Under the pieces are notes generated by a model. That model worked only from the letters and a program-made list of their open reading frames with translations, did no database searches and was not told where the DNA came from. Source: Candidatus Omnitrophota bacterium (GTDB taxonomy: Bacteria > Omnitrophota > Gorgyraeia > 2-01-FULL-45-10). Taken from it: 64,000 nucleotides of DNA. The position numbers and the translations under genes were made by a program. Of this stretch, positions 55,850 to 64,000 are shown one piece after another (within the stretch, counting starts at the first letter, position 1; every line of letters begins with the position of its first letter). The DNA lies in assembly GCA_016929115.1 (NCBI GenBank), contig JAFGJL010000010.1, forward strand, positions 331-64,330, given 5' to 3'.

Positions 55850-58338
55850 CGAAGCGGCCTCGCAGCAAAAATGCGCCTGAGCGAAACGGCGAGCATGAGA
55901 GCCATAAGAGCCGCGCAGATGTAGAGCAGCTCGTAAAGGCCTTTCGGCTTAAATATAAAACGCACCCGCTTGTCCCCTGCCCTGACCTGGACGGCCCTGA
56001 ACGCGTAATCCGCCTTAAGGACAGGCCTCTCTTTGCCGTCGACGAACGCCCTCCAGCCAGGAAAATACGTGTCGGAAAGTACCAGGACGCCCTCTTCATC
56101 CCCTTCCGTCTCCACTACAACCTCGTTCGGGCCGTAACTCAAGATGTCCGGATACGATATCCCGGATCCCGCCACCTTTTCCAGCGCAACTCCATGGACG
56201 CGCTCGACGACCGCCTCTCTGGCCGGGTCGAAGGAATCCTCGCGGATCATGCCGTAAGCGGCTTCGCTGTCGGGAGCGACGCGGACGTTGCCGGTAATGA
56301 ACGCGCGCGGCATGGCGCCCGCGTTCCCGTATATCTTTACCTCTTTATCGTATACGAGCTCCCACCTATCGGCCGTTATCTCCTTTTCCGAGACCAGGTA
56401 TTTGACGTTCAGGAACGGCAGGAACTTGCTGTTGTAGTCATTAAAGCGCTCTATGACGATCTCGTCCGGCTCATCGCCCATGATGAACCGGTAATACCAG
56501 CGGGCCTGGCCCAGGTTCTCGTATCCGCGCACATCGTAGAGGCCATAAGGCATGGCGGTGTTCGGCGGATACATGTCCCCGCGCGGCGAGCTTGTCCTCT
56601 CGGAAAAACCTACGATCCTGAACAGGCCGCGGTCTGCGCTGAGGAAACGGGCCGCGTTAGTTACGGGATAGGCGTTCGACGCGCGCGAATACGCCGGAAA
56701 GACGAGGCCGTGCATGAGAAGATCGACCGCAAGCACGATGACGACAACCCCGGTGAAGACGGCCTTGCGCTTCGACACCGCAAGAGCCGCTATCGCGAGG
56801 AATGAGACGAGCGCCAGGCCGAGCGGCACGCGCGCCTCATCGGACGCAAGCAATGAGCCGTAAGCGGATCGCAGCGTCGCCAGATACTGTGTAAAGGCGC
56901 TGAGGCTCTTCAGGCTGTGCGTCCCGTCAAAAAGCGCGCCGGGAAGCGCCTTCTCGGCGGCGGCAAGGAATGATTTAGCCGATACCATATTGACGCGCGA
57001 TAAAATCTCAAGGCAGCCGAATAGAGAGATGAGGAGCGCGAGCGCGATCACCGCTATCTTGACGAATTTTTTTCCGTCATCCCGTAAAAGCCCGTCGCAT
57101 CCCCAGCCAGCCATGACAGCCACCGAAAAGGCGTAGAGCGTCGTGAGCCGGTAATGGTCCACGGACTGGAAATAAGGCATTAATTTTATGACCGGCTTGT
57201 AGACGAACGGCAATGCGAATGACATGAGCGCGATGAGTATCCCGCCGGAAAAGAAGAGATAAAAAAACCTGTCGTGTCTTTTGCGCGCTAAAAAACCCAC
57301 CGCCGCGAGAAAGAGAGTGATGATGCCGACATACGGCGGGCTGAGGCGCATGAAGCCCCTGTTAAAAATATACGTGCCGAACCCGAGGTCCCAGCCGTCG
57401 TACTGTATGCCGTAAAAGAACGGCGAGATATACGAGATGAGCATCTGCGGATAGAGCAGGCTCAGGCCGTAACGGCCGGCTGTCCGCGTGGAATTCGCGA
57501 TATTGATCTTCTGGACGATAAGCTCCGGCAATGCGTATAATACCGCTACCGTTATGATGATGAGCGCGATCGTGGCGTAACGGCCCGATCCTTTTCTATC
57601 TGAAACCGCGGACTGGATAGAACGAAAAACAAGATAGACAAGCGCCATTGCCGAGGCGTAGACGGCAAGTTGTATCTGGCCGGACCAGAAAAAAAGGGCG
57701 AATGATAAGCCGCACCAGAAGGCGGCCGATACGCTTTTCCGCGCAAGCGCCTTTTCTATCAAAAGAAGCGCGAGAGGCAGCCATGAAAAGACGCCCAGGT
57801 AGCTTAAGGTCTGGAACTGTATTACAAATGTCATGTTGAGCATATAGGCGAGCGCCGCCACCAGAGCGCCCGGCCTTCCGGAGCCGATCTGCCGGCTGTA
57901 AAAATACATACCGATACCGGCAACCGCGAACTGGCACATCAAAAATATCCCCCAAGCCTTGACGAAGCTGAAAAGAAAGAAGACGATGTTGAGCGGGTTT
58001 AACGGCGTGGCGAAGTTATTCCCCCATAACGGCGTCCCACACATGATGTAAGGGTTCCATAGCGGCATGATACCCTGCTTCATGAACTGGATAGTGACAA
58101 ATTTAATGGGATACATGTAGAGCACAGGGTCTGTGTCATTATTGAAAGGAGCGGCCGACGCCGCATGGGCTATCCCCTTCCACGGATAGAAGTTATCGAC
58201 GAGCCAGTCGGCGTTGAGCGGCACCATCCCGAGGAACACGAATTTGTAAAAGAATATGGCAAGGGCGGCGAGCAGTATGCCTATCATCAATATATCTTTA
58301 GCCCTTGGACTTAAAAGAATATCTTTGCGATCTTCCAT
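55846..58338 (-). CDS. YfhO-family GT-C membrane glycosyltransferase
   Basis: PLWNPY..CGTP, YVG, DVRGYE, NVKY, N..AMPRAF, LVLSDTYFPGWRAFVDG, ADYAFRAV. Confidence 0.88.
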   Translation of the reverse strand: MEDRKDILLSPRAKDILMIGILLAALAIFFYKFVFLGMVPLNADWLVDNFYPWKGIAHAASAAPFNNDTDPVLYMYPIKFVTIQFMKQGIMPLWNPYIMCGTPLWGNNFATPLNPLNIVFFLFSFVKAWGIFLMCQFAVAGIGMYFYSRQIGSGRPGALVAALAYMLNMTFVIQFQTLSYLGVFSWLPLALLLIEKALARKSVSAAFWCGLSFALFFWSGQIQLAVYASAMALVYLVFRSIQSAVSDRKGSGRYATIALIIITVAVLYALPELIVQKINIANSTRTAGRYGLSLLYPQMLISYISPFFYGIQYDGWDLGFGTYIFNRGFMRLSPPYVGIITLFLAAVGFLARKRHDRFFYLFFSGGILIALMSFALPFVYKPVIKLMPYFQSVDHYRLTTLYAFSVAVMAGWGCDGLLRDDGKKFVKIAVIALALLISLFGCLEILSRVNMVSAKSFLAAAEKALPGALFDGTHSLKSLSAFTQYLATLRSAYGSLLASDEARVPLGLALVSFLAIAALAVSKRKAVFTGVVVIVLAVDLLMHGLVFPAYSRASNAYPVTNAARFLSADRGLFRIVGFSERTSSPRGDMYPPNTAMPYGLYDVRGYENLGQARWYYRFIMGDEPDEIVIERFNDYNSKFLPFLNVKYLVSEKEITADRWELVYDKEVKIYGNAGAMPRAFITGNVRVAPDSEAAYGMIREDSFDPAREAVVERVHGVALEKVAGSGISYPDILSYGPNEVVVETEGDEEGVLVLSDTYFPGWRAFVDGKERPVLKADYAFRAVQVRAGDKRVRFIFKPKGLYELLYICAALMALMLAVSLRRIFAARPLR

Positions 58339-59354
58339 ATCCCCTGGTCCCACGGCACGCGATGCGATACTCCCTTTGCCTTGCCGAATTTATTTTTATT
58401 ATCGAGATACCATCTGTAATTACGTATGAGCGCATCCTTGTTGGAGTATTTAGGCTTGAATCCTAATACTTTTTCCGCTTTCTCCATGGAGACAAAGGAC
58501 TCGACGTATGCGGTCCCGTAATTCCACTTATAGACCGGAGAAAGTTTCAGATAATGCAACAGCTCAAGAGCCAACAGCGCCGGCTTGACCGGGAAAGATA
58601 CTATCTTCTTGCCGTGCCCGGCGTAATCAAGGACCGCCTGAAAATCCTCGCGGATGGTCCTGAATTCTTTAGCGCCGAGATTGAACGTATCATTAACGGC
58701 ATCCGCATCCTTCGTCATGCAGGCGTATATCGCCTCCGACAGGTCGTAGACGTCCATTAGCTGGAAGAGATTATCGCCTTTTCCCACTATCGGGAAGTTC
58801 TTCCCGGAATCCGCCCAGTCATAAAGGAGCGCGAATATCCCGAGCCTCTCAGGACCTATGAACGACTTCGGCCTTAGGATGGGGACGCACATCCCCTTCT
58901 TCCTGTATTCCCTGCAAAGGCCCTCGGCCATGATCTTCGCCCTGCCGTAGTCGCCGACCTCTTCCCCGCCGAGCGGGTCGGTCTCGTAGATGGGGTGTTT
59001 CTTGGGGATGCCGTAAACGGCTGTCGTGGATATATGGATGAATCTCCGGACCTTATGCCTTAACGCCGCGTCAAGGACGGTGCGCGTGCCTTCGACGTCT
59101 ATGGAATATATGTCTTCCTTCTTGTAGAGCGGCAGCGCAGCTGCCGTATGGACGACCATGTCGATGCCCTCCATGGTTTTATCCATGAGCGCGGCATCCC
59201 TTATGTCGCATTTGATCGCCCTCACCCAGCCTCTTTCAGGGTAATCAAATTCAGCGATATCGACGCATACAATATCCCCGATCCCCTTCTCCATAAGAAG
59301 CCGGATCAGGTTGATCCCCAAAAATCCTGCTCCGCCTGTGACCAGCACCCTCAT
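58311..59354 (-). CDS. NAD-dependent epimerase/dehydratase (extended SDR)
   Basis: VTGGAGFLG, ISTTAVYG, YGRAK, LRPKSFIGPERLG. Confidence 0.88.
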   Translation of the reverse strand: MRVLVTGGAGFLGINLIRLLMEKGIGDIVCVDIAEFDYPERGWVRAIKCDIRDAALMDKTMEGIDMVVHTAAALPLYKKEDIYSIDVEGTRTVLDAALRHKVRRFIHISTTAVYGIPKKHPIYETDPLGGEEVGDYGRAKIMAEGLCREYRKKGMCVPILRPKSFIGPERLGIFALLYDWADSGKNFPIVGKGDNLFQLMDVYDLSEAIYACMTKDADAVNDTFNLGAKEFRTIREDFQAVLDYAGHGKKIVSFPVKPALLALELLHYLKLSPVYKWNYGTAYVESFVSMEKAEKVLGFKPKYSNKDALIRNYRWYLDNKNKFGKAKGVSHRVPWDQGIWKIAKIFF

Positions 59355-59418
59355 AGTAAGGCCTCCCCCATACGCTCCTTATATCCGGCGATGCATTGAA
59401 TGGGCTTCAGTGTCCGCC

Positions 59419-60189
59419 CTAATCATAATATCCGCTCAGCTTGGCCCTGAAATCATGGATCGTATCGTAGCCGTCAACCTCTGTCCTGCGCAATAGATAC
59501 GGATCGACCGACACGCCGTTCAGGCCCTTGATTGTGGAGCAGCCGCCTGTATACCCGGCCTTCTTTACCAAACTAACGATCCTGCCGTTCAGCTTCCCGT
59601 AAGGATAACTTATGGTCTTCGGATCGATACCGGTCTTGCTCAAGATCTCGTCTTTCGACCCTTTGAGCTGCGCGAGCGCCGCCTCATCATCAAGATCCGA
59701 CAGCGCTATGTGGTCGATCATGTGGGAGCCTATCTCGAATCCCATGCGGCCAAGCCGCGCGACGTCGTCCCAGTCCATGTAAACACGCCTGCTGCCGTCG
59801 GTCCAGGCATTGCGGCTCTTGCCGTCTATATATGATGTTGTGACAAAAAATGTGGCCTTCATGCCCCTGGCTGCGATCGCAGCCGCGACTTCGGTGACAT
59901 TATCCTTATATCCGTCATCAAAGGTCAAAGCTATATCTCTGGTCCTGTCCGCCGCGGCTCCGCCCTTGATGATATCAGAGACGGTCTTTGTGAAATACCC
60001 CCGGGCCGCGATCTCATCAAGTTGCCGCCTGAAATTTTCCGGAGGCACCCTGATGGCAAGTCGATGGTCTGCCGGGTTGCCGATCGAATGGTACATAAGG
60101 ATCCTTACCCCATCCGTTTTCCCGCGAAACGGCAAAAGGGACATGACATACGCCCTGATACGATGTATATTTTTCCGCACCATAAACAC
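59419..60189 (-). CDS. Polysaccharide deacetylase (CE4/NodB)
   Basis: ILMYHSI, LTFDDGY, ATFF, IGSHMIDH, SYPYG. Confidence 0.9.
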   Translation of the reverse strand: MFMVRKNIHRIRAYVMSLLPFRGKTDGVRILMYHSIGNPADHRLAIRVPPENFRRQLDEIAARGYFTKTVSDIIKGGAAADRTRDIALTFDDGYKDNVTEVAAAIAARGMKATFFVTTSYIDGKSRNAWTDGSRRVYMDWDDVARLGRMGFEIGSHMIDHIALSDLDDEAALAQLKGSKDEILSKTGIDPKTISYPYGKLNGRIVSLVKKAGYTGGCSTIKGLNGVSVDPYLLRRTEVDGYDTIHDFRAKLSGYYD

Positions 60190-60192
60190 ACC

Positions 60193-61629
60193 TTAAGCCG
60201 CGAAACGTTTTTTAAATATCATCTTCAGCATGCGAAGCGCCGTCTTCGAGACCTTGAGATAGTTTTGGGAATGCTTTGAGACGCCGGTCGCGCGCTTGTA
60301 ATAAGATATCGGTATCTCGACGATGCGCTTGCGCGCGCGCAGCACCTCTATCATCATCTCCGGCGAGAACTCCGGCCCTGTGCCGGAAAGCCGGTCGCGT
60401 ATCTTCATGTACGTATCGCGCCATATCGCGCGGTACGTGCAGCCGACGTCGGTGAAGCGCGGCTCCTGGCCCCACCAGAGCGCCTCGACGAGCTTGCCGA
60501 CCGCGACGTTGCCCCACCGCAAGGCCCCCTTCATGTTCGCGCCCTGCTCTATCATCTGCCGCGTCGTGCGCGTGCCGATGACCATGTCCGAATCCTTCAG
60601 GTACTCCAGGAACTTGCCGAGGTCCTTGGCGCGGAACGAATGGTCCGCTTCTACGACAATAAGGATGTCGCCCTTCGCGTGGTCAAGGCCGTATTTTATC
60701 GTGTCGCCGTAGCCCTTCAACTTCACCGTCTCGACGCGCGCGCCCGCCTGCTCGGCGACGCGCCTCGTCCTGTCAGCGGATGAATTGTCGACGACAAAGA
60801 CCTCGTCGACCTTGCCTGCGAAGTCCTTCACCACGCAACCTATCGACTCCTCCTCGTTGTAGGCCGGTATGACGACGCTCGTCTTGAAGGAGCTGAAGAA
60901 CGTCGAGCGGTACATGTAATTGGCGTAGTTGTAGTCCTCGACCGAATTGATGTTGTGGTACTCGCCTTCAAGGAAGATGCCGCGCACGGCTTTACCTTCC
61001 CTGACGAGCGTATTGATGGCGTCGGTCAGCTCGACCCTGCCGGACTTTTTCGACGGTTTGGTGCGCTCTATCGCGCCGAATATCTCGGGCGTAAAGATGT
61101 AGGTGCCGATGCCGAGGACCGGGCCATCCGCCTTATTCGGCTTCTCTTCGAGCGAGGCCACCCTGTCGCCCTTGAGTTTCACGGTGTAGTTCTTCGCTAT
61201 CATCTTGAAGTCGTCGGACCTCAACAGGCAGCATGCGGCGGCGAGACCGCCCATGTCCATACCCTTCAGGATAGCGTGGTTCGAATTTATATACACTTCG
61301 TCGCCCAGGATCGTGACGAAATCCTCTTTTATCCTGTCCTTGGCGAGCAATATACCCTTCGCGAGGCCGCTCGCATGGTCATCGCAGTCTATATATTGTA
61401 TCTTGACCCCGAACCGCGATCCGTCCTTCAGGAAAGACTTTATCGTATCGCCCATGTAGCCGGTTATGGCCCAGATATCCTTTATGCCGAGCCTGTCCCT
61501 CATTATCTCGATATTGCGCAGGATGACGGGTTTGCCCGCTATCTCGAGCATCACCTTCGGGATATAGGTAGTCGCCGGATAGGCTCGGACGCCCGCGCCC
61601 GCGGCCGGTATAAGAGCTTTCGTTATCAT
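60193..61629 (-). CDS. Fusion: sugar-phosphate nucleotidyltransferase plus DPM1-like GT2
   Basis: IPAAGAGVR..P...PK, ILGD, EKP, GRVELTDAI; then SVVIPAYNEE, VVDNSSAD, GYG, EAD, TDVGC. Confidence 0.88.
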   Translation of the reverse strand: MITKALIPAAGAGVRAYPATTYIPKVMLEIAGKPVILRNIEIMRDRLGIKDIWAITGYMGDTIKSFLKDGSRFGVKIQYIDCDDHASGLAKGILLAKDRIKEDFVTILGDEVYINSNHAILKGMDMGGLAAACCLLRSDDFKMIAKNYTVKLKGDRVASLEEKPNKADGPVLGIGTYIFTPEIFGAIERTKPSKKSGRVELTDAINTLVREGKAVRGIFLEGEYHNINSVEDYNYANYMYRSTFFSSFKTSVVIPAYNEEESIGCVVKDFAGKVDEVFVVDNSSADRTRRVAEQAGARVETVKLKGYGDTIKYGLDHAKGDILIVVEADHSFRAKDLGKFLEYLKDSDMVIGTRTTRQMIEQGANMKGALRWGNVAVGKLVEALWWGQEPRFTDVGCTYRAIWRDTYMKIRDRLSGTGPEFSPEMMIEVLRARKRIVEIPISYYKRATGVSKHSQNYLKVSKTALRMLKMIFKKRFAA

Positions 61630-63363
61630 CTATCCACCCACTTTTATGACTGAAAAATAGCGGTCCTCGTAGGCCGTCTTGAAGCCGGCGCCAAGCAGAT
61701 CCTTGATAACATCGTCATCCCTGCCCTTGACCGCCACCACATAATCCACCTTGTACTTCTTCGCGAGCCTCAAGCCGTCCTCGGACAGCATCATTTTATA
61801 CCGCGAGACCAGCGCCTTGCGCTCGGTCTCCATGAACTCCCTGGTCCTGTTCGAGTCGCCGGTGAGGAATATCGCGCCGTCCCATGAATACGGATGGCTG
61901 ACGGCCTCGTCGAGCGTCAGGCCAAAAAGCCTGTAAGCGGCGAGCATCCTGTAACGCGTCTCACCTGCCGATATGAGAGAGAGGCAGAAGAACGGTTCAG
62001 AATAGTAGACATAGCTCTTGGTGTAGATCGGGATGAGCTCTGACAACCGGATATCATTGGGTGACGGCAGTATTACGTCGCCGGGTAACGCGTTGGCGTT
62101 CAACCAGCGGAAAGCCCCGGCCATCTGCTGCAGCTTCAGGTTGTCGTTAAAGTGGTGGCGGTGGTAATTCAGCTGCATTCCGATGCCGTGAACGAGAAGC
62201 GCCGAGAAGAACAGGGCGGGCAGTGCGACCTGGAGCCAGGCCAGGCGCGTTCTCCTGGCTGCGAGGACTTTGGCAAGCGCGGCGACCGACAGGATGACCG
62301 TGATTATGAGCACGAACTTGCCGGTATAGGCGGTCCAGTGGCTCTCTTTGAAAAGTCTTCCGGTCAGTACCTGCTGATTTACCAGCAGGATGACCGCCGC
62401 GAGCATCGCTGCCAGAAACTGGAAGGTCCTCTTCCCCGATACGGCGACGATGGCCCTGCGCGCCAGTAAAAGAAAAGCAAGCGCTGCCACGGTCGCGACC
62501 GGCAAGACCGGCTTGTGCGTGTAAGCGACGTTAAAACGCAGGAGCAGGAGTCCATAGTTCGGGTCCCGCATAGTCTGGATATTCATCATCCAGTACGGTA
62601 CCGACACGATAGCCCCGATCACGGCAATGGCGAACGCCTTCCTGAAAGCGGAAAGATCCTTCTGCGCCAGGAAAACGATGCACAGGACGCCGATAGTCGC
62701 ATATATGTGCATCCAGTAGAACACGCTTACGTAGAAAAGCGAGCCGAGAAAGATCCCGGCAAGCCAGACAAATGTTTTTCTGCCATCATTGAGCGCCTTG
62801 TACAGGAAGATGAGCGCCAGCGTAAAGAATACAAAGTGCATCTGCGGCGTTATCGGCCTGGCGAACCATAGCGGCAGATGGTATCCCGTATTAATGAGCT
62901 TGCCGCCAAAAATGAATATTTTGGAGGCGAGGTGCATGCCGAAGAGCACGCCTGCCGCCATCGCGATCGAACACCACTTCACGCCCGATATTTCATACGA
63001 GAACACGAATACGAGGATAAAGATCAGCGCCGGCATCAGGAAAGTCCATAACATATCAAGCTGCGCCACTGAAAGGACGAGGGCCTTGCCTATAAGCGCC
63101 TCGATAGACTCGCAGATAGTCGGCATGATGACCGGATCGTTGCGGTGTTCGTATATGGCCGGATTGCGGGCCAGAAAGTCACCCCTGTAGATCGCGTTGA
63201 TCCGGCCCAGATAGACCGTCTCGTCGCGGAAACCGATCGGCACTATGCCCTTATACCTGTTGCCGGCCTCTTGCACAAACCGGAGGTCCGGGTAGATATA
63301 TATCAACCCGGCGAAGACCGCCAAGACGAACACTAGCGCTAAGGTTTTTTTCTTTGTATCCAT
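61630..63363 (-). CDS. Polytopic membrane protein, probable GT-C transferase
   Basis: DE..Y motif after first TM helix, many TM segments, C-terminal soluble domain (KYKVDYV). Confidence 0.65.
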   Translation of the reverse strand: MDTKKKTLALVFVLAVFAGLIYIYPDLRFVQEAGNRYKGIVPIGFRDETVYLGRINAIYRGDFLARNPAIYEHRNDPVIMPTICESIEALIGKALVLSVAQLDMLWTFLMPALIFILVFVFSYEISGVKWCSIAMAAGVLFGMHLASKIFIFGGKLINTGYHLPLWFARPITPQMHFVFFTLALIFLYKALNDGRKTFVWLAGIFLGSLFYVSVFYWMHIYATIGVLCIVFLAQKDLSAFRKAFAIAVIGAIVSVPYWMMNIQTMRDPNYGLLLLRFNVAYTHKPVLPVATVAALAFLLLARRAIVAVSGKRTFQFLAAMLAAVILLVNQQVLTGRLFKESHWTAYTGKFVLIITVILSVAALAKVLAARRTRLAWLQVALPALFFSALLVHGIGMQLNYHRHHFNDNLKLQQMAGAFRWLNANALPGDVILPSPNDIRLSELIPIYTKSYVYYSEPFFCLSLISAGETRYRMLAAYRLFGLTLDEAVSHPYSWDGAIFLTGDSNRTREFMETERKALVSRYKMMLSEDGLRLAKKYKVDYVVAVKGRDDDVIKDLLGAGFKTAYEDRYFSVIKVGG

Positions 63364-63364
63364 A

Positions 63365-64000
63365 TTATAATTTCCGGTATCTCTGCACGGTAAGGTCGCC
63401 GAATTTTTTCGAATCGACCGGCGTGTACCGCCCGTTCAGAAAGGAGTTGAACCGCTCGTGGCAGCGGCGTGATTCGAGCTTCTCCGGATAGGAGATAAAG
63501 ACGATCTCTCTGTCGGCTATGCGCCGGACATCCGGGTCTTCGAGCTGGTGCAGGTTGGGCATATCGTAGAAATAATACTTGAACGAACCGCCGAACGACG
63601 GCGATACTATCGCGGTCTCGCGTGTCGCGACCGCCTTGGCATAAGCATGCGCGCCTTTCAGGTCCATCTCCTTGTCCGCGTAAAGGAAGACCAGGCGGCT
63701 TAAGAATACCGCCGACACTGCCGCGAGAAGCAGATATTGCGCCTTCTCGGAAAGTACGGCGCGGCATGCTGCCACCAGGAAGAGAACGAGAAAGACGAAA
63801 CTTGCGATGAAATAATGGCTCATCAGCACTATCTTTACGGCCTGGTGCAGGAATATAGCTATGGCAAAAGGGACTGCCGCAAGGATCAGGAAGAAATAGG
63901 CGTATTTGCGCTCATCCCGCGTAAACTTAGGGCTGCGGATGTATTTGGCAGCTAGCAATGTCGCGGCGAGGGAGGATATAAGCATGCCGGCGAGGGAGGC
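63365..64000 (-). CDS. Membrane protein, probable GT-C (5' partial)
   Basis: Frame open to the window edge; several TM helices then a soluble tail. Confidence 0.55.
   Translation of the reverse strand, partial: ASLAGMLISSLAATLLAAKYIRSPKFTRDERKYAYFFLILAAVPFAIAIFLHQAVKIVLMSHYFIASFVFLVLFLVAACRAVLSEKAQYLLLAAVSAVFLSRLVFLYADKEMDLKGAHAYAKAVATRETAIVSPSFGGSFKYYFYDMPNLHQLEDPDVRRIADREIVFISYPEKLESRRCHERFNSFLNGRYTPVDSKKFGDLTVQRYRKL

Noticed and set aside
59394-59412. Short hairpin CATTGAA-TGGGC-TTCAGTG as a terminator
   Set aside because: Weak stem with a mismatch and no U-tract on the transcribed strand
73-63955. Numerous plus-strand ORFs up to 418 aa (e.g. 5585-6841, 8244-9329, 21897-22844, 38582-39472)
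   Set aside because: They are antisense shadows of well-supported minus-strand genes and carry no recognisable motifs

Overview
This window is the interior of one very large cell-surface glycan locus (LPS/O-antigen/envelope glycoconjugate type). About 56 genes lie on the minus strand, mostly coupled by 4-bp ATGA or similar short overlaps. Two near-consensus sigma70 promoters (50033-50061 and 20798-20826) divide it into three blocks. (1) 64.0-50.1 kb: GT-C membrane transferases, a nucleotidyltransferase-GT2 fusion, a deacetylase, a double GT4 and a B12 radical SAM enzyme. (2) 50.0-20.8 kb: a cassette for an unusual, heavily modified ulosonic (sialic-acid-like) sugar, with 2 short NeuB, 3 NeuA, a KdsC-like HAD, 2 class III aminotransferases, an SDR, a formyltransferase, an epimerase, methyltransferases, 5 radical SAM enzymes, an ABC flippase and a GbsR/MarR regulator. 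(3) 20.7-0 kb: initiation, ligation and core-type genes (WecA-like, WaaL-like, GT9, paralogous GT2s, a GT4-DUF218 fusion). The window holds six cobalamin-dependent and two SPASM-type radical SAM enzymes. Three short intergenic gaps in the first 7.2 kb hold two perfect loop-less palindromes and 7/8-bp periodic repeats. No rRNA, tRNA, CRISPR array or mobile element was recognised. Gene content and codon style suggest an uncultured anaerobe such as Ca. Omnitrophota, but this is only an inference. Calls are from motif reading, not database searches.
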